Assembly (NCBI GenBank): GCA_030167145.1
Contig: CP126532.1
Coordinates: 4,950,001 to 4,982,000 of the forward strand
Direction: 5' to 3'
Origin: Ktedonobacterales bacterium
GTDB taxonomy: Bacteria > Chloroflexota > Ktedonobacteria > Ktedonobacterales > JADMIN01
Length of the DNA: 32,000 bases
Both the position numbers and the translations under genes were made by a program. The notes under the pieces were generated by a model that saw only the letters and a program-made list of their open reading frames with translations, made no database searches and was not told the origin of the DNA. This document shows positions 24,989 to 31,728 of this stretch, one piece after another. Numbering within the stretch: position 1 is the stretch's first letter; every line of letters begins with the position of its first letter.

Positions 24989-25214
24989 GCTGCTCCAAAA
25001 AGAGTTTGCCGACCAGCGCGCACGAGATCACATACTCATCGCCTGCGAACTCCATATCAATCAGCCCCTCTTCGGCCATCTCGCGGTAATCATCCGTCAC
25101 AAGGAAGAACGGGCGCACCATCCGACTCAGATCGCTCTCTGGCAATGGCCCCCACTCGCGCAGCTTCCGCAGCACGGCCAGCCTGACCGGCGTATCGTCA
25201 TCAATCGCGCGCAT
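24972..25214 (-). CDS. Hypothetical small protein (about 80 aa)
   Basis: ORF immediately downstream of the lipoprotein gene on the same strand: 'MRAIDDDTPVRLAVLRKLREWGPLPESDLSRMV...'. It could be winged-helix-like, but no motif is recognised. Start is uncertain (25214 or 25256). Confidence 0.45.
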   Translation of the reverse strand: MRAIDDDTPVRLAVLRKLREWGPLPESDLSRMVRPFFLVTDDYREMAEEGLIDMEFAGDEYVISCALVGKLFLEQQEAAQ

Positions 25215-25239
25215 ATCGTTCCGCTCTTCCTGCTGGCTG

Positions 25240-26607
25240 CTATTTCCAGGCGACATTCTCCGCGCCCGCGATGAGTGTTGTGGCCTGGCTGCCATCATAT
25301 GCGATGACCTCAGTCTGTGGCCGCAACACGCCCGCCGCGTCAGTCTTCGCGCTGATCAGATTCGTCGCCAGCACCGTCTTATTATCCGGCGCCCAGGCCG
25401 GCGCGGTATTCCAAATGGTCAGCGCCGTCTTGGCGGGCGTGCCACCACTGATGCTCTGTGTGTAGAGCGCGTCGGTAGCAGCGGCGGCGCGCGTGGCATT
25501 GCGCGAGAGCGCCATCTCGGCCCGTGTCGTGCTCGGATACTTGCCCGCGCCAGAGAGGATGCCCTGGCAGCCCGAATACCCATTGATGGGATCGCCCTGC
25601 TGTGCGCAGAAATGCGACGAGACCGTGCCTTTGCCCGTATCCACGCCGTCAACCTGTTGCGTCACCAGCACTGAGCCGCCCGCCGAGAGTTCCCAGGCCC
25701 CCGCGACGAAATCGCCCGTCGGGTCCGTATATGCTTTGCCCAGCGAAACACTGTAAAAGTATGGGCCCACACTTTGTGCAATATTCTGTGTTGCGGTCGC
25801 AAGTTGGACGGCTAAATTCGGGTCATCGCTCGCATACGAGCCGAAGACGTTGGCTAGTTGACTCAAATTTAGCCCGCGAAGTTGCGCGGAGCCAACCACT
25901 CCCTTCGCGCCGATTGACCCGGGGTTGACGCTGATCGCTGTGTAGACCACCGTACCCCCATCTCTGGTCACAGCAAGGTCTCCATAGATGCCAGCGCTGG
26001 TATACGAATAATTGTCGTCGGAGGTCAGCGCGCTCCGCAGCAGCCACACGCGCGGATCGCTATCGCCCACATCATAGAGCATCAGCCCGTTGCGGTCGCT
26101 ATAGATCAGCGCGCGGCTTGTATACCATGCGTAGGTATGTCCGTAGACGCTGCCGGTGGCGGGCGTGACGGCGGTCGTCCCGAAGCCATCTGAGCCAACC
26201 GTCACGTAATAGATCGAGCCGTAGCTCCGTCCCGGTGTGCCTGGTGTCAGATTCTCCACAAGCGCAAAGGCGATGGAGTTGCCATCTGGCGACCACACGA
26301 GCGGCCCCCACAAGATGTTCGCTCCATTCGAGAGCACGAGATGCGTGGCCTGTTTCGGACCCTGCGCGGTTTGCAGCCAGATCTGGTTATCGTAGACAAA
26401 CGCATACGTGCCGTTGGGGCCGGTTGCCGCCACCTGCGGCGGCTGCGTCGGGTGGTCCACCGTCGAGCCAGCAAGCCCCCCGGTCAGCGAGCCACCACTG
26501 GTCGAACACCCCGCTAATGCCAGCGTTCCCAGCAGCGCCAGCGCTAGCAGTGCGGCGCACATCCACCCGCGCGACAATGATAGACCGCGTCCATACTGCC
26601 TCAGCAC
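25240..26607 (-). CDS. Secreted lipoprotein with PD40/TolB-like beta-propeller repeats
   Basis: GTG 26607 with AGGAGG 5 nt upstream. Signal peptide plus lipobox 'LALAGC'. Repeats 'VWSPDGNSIAFAL' and 'AWAPDNKTVLAT' are typical of WD40-like (PD40) propellers. Confidence 0.7.
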   Translation of the reverse strand: MLRQYGRGLSLSRGWMCAALLALALLGTLALAGCSTSGGSLTGGLAGSTVDHPTQPPQVAATGPNGTYAFVYDNQIWLQTAQGPKQATHLVLSNGANILWGPLVWSPDGNSIAFALVENLTPGTPGRSYGSIYYVTVGSDGFGTTAVTPATGSVYGHTYAWYTSRALIYSDRNGLMLYDVGDSDPRVWLLRSALTSDDNYSYTSAGIYGDLAVTRDGGTVVYTAISVNPGSIGAKGVVGSAQLRGLNLSQLANVFGSYASDDPNLAVQLATATQNIAQSVGPYFYSVSLGKAYTDPTGDFVAGAWELSAGGSVLVTQQVDGVDTGKGTVSSHFCAQQGDPINGYSGCQGILSGAGKYPSTTRAEMALSRNATRAAAATDALYTQSISGGTPAKTALTIWNTAPAWAPDNKTVLATNLISAKTDAAGVLRPQTEVIAYDGSQATTLIAGAENVAWK

Positions 26608-27174
26608 GGCAACCTCCTACAACCCGGCTATCCACACACAAACGATGCGCTATACTGTAGCGAAATGTGAATCGGGACTCCCATCACGTATCCTGGCCAG
26701 TATACGCGAAAAGGACGGCTGGCGATAAGTCTCGCATGACCTCTTGCCATGACGATAGTGGCATTCCGACACATGTCTTCGCAACTCTTGCACCCACTTC
26801 GTCTAAGCGGTATCATCCTACCCGGAGGTGACACGTGAAGCTTGCCTGAATCACCGGCTGACGACGAGCGCAACGAATGCGACATGACTCTATATAAGAC
26901 GCGCATCACATTCCCTGCGGTTCCCCGCGTCTCGCATTCTCTATCCTCATCTCTCTGCCGGTACACCGACCACAACTGAGTCGGGGCCACCCGCCCGGAC
27001 CGTACCGGCGCTGCACTGACGCTCTCACCCCTCGCGAGCCATCCACCGAGCTGCCACATCCATGTCATGCCTCGTAAGCCTCACCTCAGCCAACGCACTC
27101 AGCGTCATGCCTGCCCACCATCCAGGCATTTCCCCCCGCAGTCCTTACCTCCCAGCTTCGTACAGGAGGCGCAT

Positions 27175-28833
27175 ATGCTGCTTCACATCACCAATCTCTC
27201 CAAGTCCTTTGGCGCGGTGGATATCCTGCGCGACATCACCTTCACACTCAATGCTGGGGATCGTGCGGGGTTGGTCGGCGCAAACGGCGCGGGTAAGACC
27301 ACGCTGCTCCGCGTTCTCGTGGGCGCGGAAGTCGCCGATAGTGGCGCCGTCACGATTGGCGCTTCGGTCACGCTTGGCTACCTGCCCCAGTCCACGCCCA
27401 ACTTCGCGGGCGAAACCATTGACGACCTCATCCATGAGTCCGTTGGCGAACTGCGTCAACTCGAAGCGCGCATGCGTGTGCTCGAAGCGGCCCTCGCCAG
27501 CGCGGAGGCCGTCGCGGATGCCACAACTTCATCCGCCTTGCTCGAGGAGTACGGCCAGTTGGCCATGCGCTTTCAAGATCGCGGCGGTTATGATCTAGAC
27601 TTTCGCATCGGCGCAGTGCTCGATGGTCTTGGACTTGCCTATCTTCCCCGCGACCAGGCGGTGCGAACGCTGTCCGGTGGCGAGCAAACACGCGTGGGAT
27701 TGGCGGCGCTGCTGCTACGTGCGCCTGACGTTCTGCTGCTCGACGAGCCAACCAATCATCTCGATGGCGCGTCGCTCGCGTGGCTAGAAACCTACCTCGC
27801 AAGCTACTCTGGCGCAGTGCTTGCCGTCTCGCACGACCGCTGGTTTCTTAATCGCACGGTCAACACGATCTTCGCCATAGACGACCGTACCCATCATCTG
27901 CAACGCTACGCGGGCAATTACGACATCTTTGCCCAGGCGCGTGCCGCTGAGATAGCGAAATGGCACGAAGACTATGAGCGACAGCAGATCGAGATCGCAA
28001 ACTTGCGTCTGCGCATGAAGGAGACCGGTCGCCAGGTGGCGCACAACCGCGCGCCAACCGACAAGGATAAGAACATCTACAACGCCAAGGGCGAAAACGT
28101 TGCCCGTGCCATCTCGCGCAACGTCCGCGCCGCGCAAGAGCGGCTTGAGCGCATTGAAGCCGACTCCATCGAAAAGCCACCCAAGCCGATGCGCTTTCAG
28201 CCCCAGTTCCGCGACCAATCGCTTGAATCGCGTACCGTGCTCACGGCCTCCGGCCTGACGAAACGCTACGGCGGCCGCACGGTGTTGCATGAAGTGAGTT
28301 TCGTTGTGCGGCCCGCAGCACGCATCGCGCTGGTGGGGCCGAACGGCGCGGGCAAAACGACGCTGCTGCGCATCCTGCTCGGACTGGAGAAGCCGGACGA
28401 CGGGCAGGTGCGTCTTGTCCGCGGCGCGCGTATTGGCTATCTGCCCCAGGCCCCCACGCCCACGAATCCTGCCGCGACCTTGCTTGCAGCCTATCGCGAT
28501 GGACTGGTGGGACCAGAGGGAACCATTGTCGCCAGCATCCTGGGCAATGGCCTCTTCCAGCTCGACGATCTGCCTAAAACGATGGGCCAGCTCAGTCTGG
28601 GCCAGCGGCGCAAGCTGGAGATTGCCCGCCTCATTGCCGAGCGCCCGAACATCCTGCTGCTCGATGAGCCGGCCAATTACCTCAGCTTTGATGTACTTGA
28701 ATCCTTCGAGACAGCAATACTGGCCTTCCCTGGACCCGCCATCATCGTCTCGCATGACCGCTGGTTCATTCAGCACTTTGGCGGCGAAGTCTGGACGCTT
28801 ACAGATGGCGTGTTGACCACACAAACGTCATGA
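27175..28833 (+). CDS. ABC-F family ATPase (two ABC cassettes, no membrane domain)
   Basis: Walker A 'GANGAGKTT' and 'GPNGAGKTT'. Signatures 'LSGGEQTRV' and 'LSLGQRRKL'. Walker B 'LLLDEPTNHLD' and 'LLLDEPANYLS'. Charged inter-cassette linker 'EIAKWHEDYERQQIEIANLRLRMKE...'. ATG 27175 preceded by AGGAGG. Confidence 0.9.
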   Translation: MLLHITNLSKSFGAVDILRDITFTLNAGDRAGLVGANGAGKTTLLRVLVGAEVADSGAVTIGASVTLGYLPQSTPNFAGETIDDLIHESVGELRQLEARMRVLEAALASAEAVADATTSSALLEEYGQLAMRFQDRGGYDLDFRIGAVLDGLGLAYLPRDQAVRTLSGGEQTRVGLAALLLRAPDVLLLDEPTNHLDGASLAWLETYLASYSGAVLAVSHDRWFLNRTVNTIFAIDDRTHHLQRYAGNYDIFAQARAAEIAKWHEDYERQQIEIANLRLRMKETGRQVAHNRAPTDKDKNIYNAKGENVARAISRNVRAAQERLERIEADSIEKPPKPMRFQPQFRDQSLESRTVLTASGLTKRYGGRTVLHEVSFVVRPAARIALVGPNGAGKTTLLRILLGLEKPDDGQVRLVRGARIGYLPQAPTPTNPAATLLAAYRDGLVGPEGTIVASILGNGLFQLDDLPKTMGQLSLGQRRKLEIARLIAERPNILLLDEPANYLSFDVLESFETAILAFPGPAIIVSHDRWFIQHFGGEVWTLTDGVLTTQTS

Positions 28834-28856
28834 GCATTCTCTCACCTAGTGCGAGA

Positions 28857-29486
28857 TCAGGCTACCTTGTCGGGAATCGTGAGGTGCGGTTCATGGGAGC
28901 AACCCACGTAGGCACAGACGCGGTCGGCCACCTCCTGAGCGCTAAGCAGGCGGGTGGGTTCGACGATACTCCGCTTGCCGTGCACCCATGTGGGTTCGAT
29001 GGGATTGAGCCACGGACTCTTGACGGGCAGGTAGCACAACAGGATACGCACGCCCTGCCCACGCTGCTTGACCTGCCGGTTGTGGGCGCGAATCCAGGCC
29101 CGCACCCGTTTACTGACATGCCAGGAGGCGTTGTCCCAGATCAGCGCCCAGACGCGGATGCCCGCTGCGTGCAGCTGGGTGCAGCACCACGCCAAGAACT
29201 GCTCGGTGATGGCGCTCACCGGTCGCCCCGTCACGAAGCGCAGCCAGACCCGTTCCCGCTGCCCAACCTGCCGCAGCAGTACGCCATAGCAGGCCAACGC
29301 CTTCGGGTCAGGATCGGCTGTGGGAATCTCCTGCTCAATCAGGCGGAGCGGCCCGTCGGTGGCCGCAGTCCAACTGTGCATCTGCGGACGGGCCAGCCGA
29401 CTCCACCAGGTCTCGTCGGCGAATCCGAGTACCCAATCGGGATGCTGCTGGGCACGAGCGATCAGGCGGTCACGCTGCCCTTTTTT
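28857..29486 (-). CDS. IS630 transposase OrfB (DDE catalytic part), expressed as an OrfAB fusion by -1 frameshift
   Basis: The -1 frame continues from the slippery heptamer as 'KKGQRDRLIARAQQHPDW'. Catalytic residues sit in 'GFADETWW', 'LIWDNASWH' and 'SPWLNPIEPTW'. Stop is 8 nt inside the left inverted repeat. Confidence 0.8.
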   Translation of the reverse strand, partial: KKGQRDRLIARAQQHPDWVLGFADETWWSRLARPQMHSWTAATDGPLRLIEQEIPTADPDPKALACYGVLLRQVGQRERVWLRFVTGRPVSAITEQFLAWCCTQLHAAGIRVWALIWDNASWHVSKRVRAWIRAHNRQVKQRGQGVRILLCYLPVKSPWLNPIEPTWVHGKRSIVEPTRLLSAQEVADRVCAYVGCSHEPHLTIPDKVA

Positions 29487-29980
29487 CGGGTATATGCCAG
29501 GTCGGGGCTGGTAATCCAGTGTTTGGCCCGCTCCCACCTGACGCCGCGCCGCAGCAGCGTCTGCCGGATGGTCTCCCCACTCACCCGCGTGGCGATCAGG
29601 CCCTCGGCAACACTGACTTCGGCTACCAAATCCAGCGTCCAGACACTGGTCGGTTTGCCAAAGTCGCGGGGACTGCGGTGCACGAGGCCGCGCAGCCGCT
29701 CGGCCTGCTCTGGGCCAATGGCCAAGCGCGTGCGTTTGGGCCGTGAGGAGCCTTTGACGAGCGCCTGGAGCCCGGTCGCGTTGAAGGCATGCAGGGCATC
29801 GAGTACCGTCTGGTCGTCGATACCCAAATACCCGGCGATGCGGGGGGCACGCTCCCCGCGGGCGCTGGCCAAGAGGATCTGGCAGCGCCGCAAGACAAAG
29901 GCGTCTGTCGAGTGCAGCCCCTTCTCGAGCGCCGTCCGCTCCTCCTCGCTCAGCGGCCGAACAAAGATCGGTGGTCTCAT
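29462..29980 (-). CDS. IS630 transposase OrfA (HTH DNA-binding part)
   Basis: 'LSEEERTALEKGLHSTDAFVLRRCQILLASARGERAPRIAGYLGIDDQTVLDALHAFNATGLQAL' is a helix-turn-helix typical of IS630/Tc1 N-termini. The zero-frame A AAA AAG (minus-strand 29486-29480) lies 6 codons before the stop. Confidence 0.8.
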   Translation of the reverse strand: MRPPIFVRPLSEEERTALEKGLHSTDAFVLRRCQILLASARGERAPRIAGYLGIDDQTVLDALHAFNATGLQALVKGSSRPKRTRLAIGPEQAERLRGLVHRSPRDFGKPTSVWTLDLVAEVSVAEGLIATRVSGETIRQTLLRRGVRWERAKHWITSPDLAYTRKKGSVTA

Positions 29981-30355
29981 GCTCACCAGCGTACCACATT
30001 CTCGTTCACCTATCTTGGACACGCACTAGGGCTGCCTTCTCATGTGCTTTGGCGAGTCTGGCAGGGTATAGATAAGCTGGCCATTTAGCTAGCGTATAGA
30101 TATAGGTGTACAGAAATGCAATGCTAGGTGATGCCATGTAGTACCCACCCTATGGCATCGTTCTCTAGCTTCTCGCATGGGGGCGTGTAGCCCCTGCAAC
30201 GGGCTTCCCCACCGTGCCCGCTCATGCATCTTTGCTTGCTCTTCGTATCTACTTGCACCCCACCCCCTCGCTAGTCCGTTGCTCACCCCTCGCTCACCCC
30301 CACAGCCGCACCCCCAGCAGCGCCCGCTACCACCCCACCTGCTCCACCTGAGCGC

Positions 30356-31237
30356 TCAAAGGCGCTTTTCGAACCAATGATGGGCGTAGGGCTCGGCGTT
30401 AAAGGCCGCGACCTCTTCGTATCCGGCCCGCCGATAGAGCGCGATAGCCTCGGTGAGCGCACGATTGGTCTCCAGGCGCAGCACGCTGACCCCAGCCTCG
30501 CGCGCAGCATGCTCCAATGCAGCGAGGAGGCGCTGTCCCAGCCCGAGGCCGCGCACCTGTGGCGCCACCCACATCCGCTTCAGCTCTGCCGGGGCATGCG
30601 CGTGGAACTTCACGGCGCCACACCCCACCGGCGCCTCGCGCATGTGGGCCACGAGGAGGATCCCGGCGGGCGGCGTGAGTTCGTGCGGCTGGGCAGAGAT
30701 GCTGCGGGCCGGATCCCACCCCGCGTCGAAGCGCTCGTTGAGTTCCGCGGCGTACTGCTCCAAGCACCACCGGGCATCCGCACTGGTCGGATCGCTGACG
30801 GCGATGCGCACCAGCGAGGCCAGCAGCAGCCGTTCCACCTCCGCCATCGCCGCAGCCAGCCGGACCTGTTGGCGCACGCTCAGCGGCTCGAGCAGGGCCT
30901 GGGCGAACGCGTCGGCGCGCTGATCCAACTCGGCACGCTCCGCCAGCCCCGCCGCAGTGAGCCGCACCCGCCGCACCCGCCGATCCTCCCGGCTCGCCTC
31001 GACCACCACCAAGCCCTGCCGCTGCAACGACCGCAGCAGGCGGCTGACATAGGCGGAATCGAGCGCCAGGCGGCCACGCACCTCGCGAATCTCGGCCCCC
31101 ACGCCCCCAATCTCCCAGAGCAGCCGCGCTTCGCCCAGCGCATGCGCACGGCCCAGGAAATGGTCATGCAACGCGCCGACCCGCTCGGTGACGGTGCGGT
31201 TGAAGCTGCGGACGCGCTCAACCAGGGTCCTCTCCAT
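30356..31237 (-). CDS. MarR-family HTH / GNAT acetyltransferase fusion protein
   Basis: N-terminal winged helix 'LGEARLLWEIG..GAEIREVRGRLALDSAYVSRLLRSLQRQGLVVVEASREDRRVRRVRLTAAG'. C-terminal GNAT 'LKRMWVAPQVRGLGLGQRLLAALEHAAREAGVSVLRLETN...AIALYRRAGYEEV'. ATG 31237 with AGGAGG upstream. Confidence 0.85.
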   Translation of the reverse strand: MERTLVERVRSFNRTVTERVGALHDHFLGRAHALGEARLLWEIGGVGAEIREVRGRLALDSAYVSRLLRSLQRQGLVVVEASREDRRVRRVRLTAAGLAERAELDQRADAFAQALLEPLSVRQQVRLAAAMAEVERLLLASLVRIAVSDPTSADARWCLEQYAAELNERFDAGWDPARSISAQPHELTPPAGILLVAHMREAPVGCGAVKFHAHAPAELKRMWVAPQVRGLGLGQRLLAALEHAAREAGVSVLRLETNRALTEAIALYRRAGYEEVAAFNAEPYAHHWFEKRL

Positions 31238-31252
31238 CGTGAGACCTCCTTC

Positions 31253-31308
31253 GTCGCTCTATCGCTCTATCGCTCTATCGCTCTCTCGCCCTATCGCACG
31301 ATCGATCA
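31253..31308. repeat. 8-bp tandem array (ATCGCTCT): 3 perfect units plus degenerate flanking units
   Basis: GTCGCTCT ATCGCTCT ATCGCTCT ATCGCTCT CTCGCCCT ATCGCACG ATCGATCA. It sits between the candidate promoter and the RBS of the MarR-GNAT gene. Confidence 0.9.
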
Positions 31309-31338
31309 GGTCGGCGCGACGCACCTCGCCACGCATTC

Positions 31339-31372
31339 TCTGACTATAGTCAGACAATGCGCTCTGCGACAA
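31339..31372 (-). promoter_or_regulatory. Candidate promoter with overlapping 16-bp perfect palindrome (possible MarR operator)
   Basis: Palindrome TCTGACTATAGTCAGA at 31339-31354. The minus strand reads TTGTCG (31372-31367), 18-nt spacer, TATAGT (31348-31343), so the palindrome covers the -10. It lies about 100 nt upstream of ATG 31237. Confidence 0.4.
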
Positions 31373-31401
31373 GGGCACATCCCGCATGCCTGGTGCTGCC
31401 C

Positions 31402-31444
31402 GCACATGCCGTATGCACATGCCGTATGCACATGCCGTATGCAC
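31402..31444. repeat. 13-bp tandem array (GCACATGCCGTAT) x3.3
   Basis: Three perfect units at 31402-31440 plus a partial GCAC. Confidence 0.95.
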
Positions 31445-31485
31445 CGCAGAACAGCAGCTGGGCCACCCCTGCGCTGGTGAAGACG

Positions 31486-31518
31486 CACCACCAGCACACC
31501 ACCAGCACACCACCAGCA
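31486..31518. repeat. 11-bp tandem array (CACCACCAGCA) x3
   Basis: Three perfect units read directly from the sequence. Confidence 0.95.
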
Positions 31519-31558
31519 GATACCGTGCGTCTCCTAACGCTGCGGCCAGTTCTCCTCA

Positions 31559-31597
31559 CACCCCTTGCTCGCACCCCTTGCTCGCACCCCTTGCTCA
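31559..31597. repeat. 13-bp tandem array (CACCCCTTGCTCG) x3
   Basis: Three units; the last base of the third unit differs. Confidence 0.95.
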
Positions 31598-31618
31598 CAT
31601 CATTCCCGATGCGCCCGG

Positions 31619-31688
31619 CCCCACATCAGCCCCACATCAGCCCCACATCAGCCCCACATCAGCCCCACATCAGCCCCACATCAGCCAC
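31619..31688. repeat. 11-bp tandem array (CCCCACATCAG) x6.4
   Basis: Six perfect units at 31619-31684 plus a partial CCAC. The minus strand reads (CTGATGTGGGG)n. Confidence 0.97.
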
Positions 31689-31728
31689 GCCCGCTCCACC
31701 CGCCCCAGCACCTCCACCACCCGCGCCC

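Larger units (their letters stand above)
28849..30026 (-). mobile_element. IS630-family insertion sequence (1178 bp), apparently intact
   Basis: Flanked by TA at 28847-28848 and 30027-30028, the expected target-site duplication. Imperfect terminal inverted repeats GTGCGAGATCAGGCTA (28849-) and GTGCGTGTCCAAGATA (reverse complement of -30026) match at 11 of 16 positions. Encodes HTH orfA and DDE orfB joined by an A AAA AAG slippery site. Confidence 0.85.

Noticed and set aside
26628-27068. 146-aa minus-strand ORF in the large intergenic gap
   Set aside because: It has no RBS and no recognisable motif, and its Cys/Arg/Ser-rich composition and codon usage are unlike the neighbouring genes. I treat the region as non-coding (see finding). 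A small real gene cannot be excluded without expression data.
26608-27174. Known structured RNAs (tmRNA, RNase P RNA, SRP RNA, 6S RNA, common riboswitches) and tRNAs, checked here and in the other gaps
   Set aside because: I could not find their diagnostic conserved strings on either strand, such as GGTTCGAATCC-type T-arms, the RNase P GAGGAAAGTCC box, or the TPP or B12 boxes. This check was by eye only, so a covariance-model scan is still needed.
27784-28824. 346-aa minus-strand ORF opposite the ABC-F gene
   Set aside because: It is an antisense shadow. The plus frame carries two complete ABC cassettes.
28830-30029. 399-aa plus-strand ORF covering the whole IS element
   Set aside because: It lies antisense to a transposase frame with clear HTH and DDE motifs. 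Its translation is Arg/Pro/Ala-rich with no motifs, which is typical of a high-GC shadow ORF.
30377-31480. 367-aa plus-strand ORF opposite the MarR-GNAT gene
   Set aside because: It is the antisense shadow of a gene with clear MarR and GNAT motifs. It runs through the tandem-repeat region and has no RBS or recognisable domain.
31253-31688. Possible CRISPR array, suggested by the many direct repeats
   Set aside because: The units are 8-13 bp and directly abutting, with no spacers. There are five unrelated units and no cas genes in the window. These are tandem micro- or minisatellites, not a CRISPR array.
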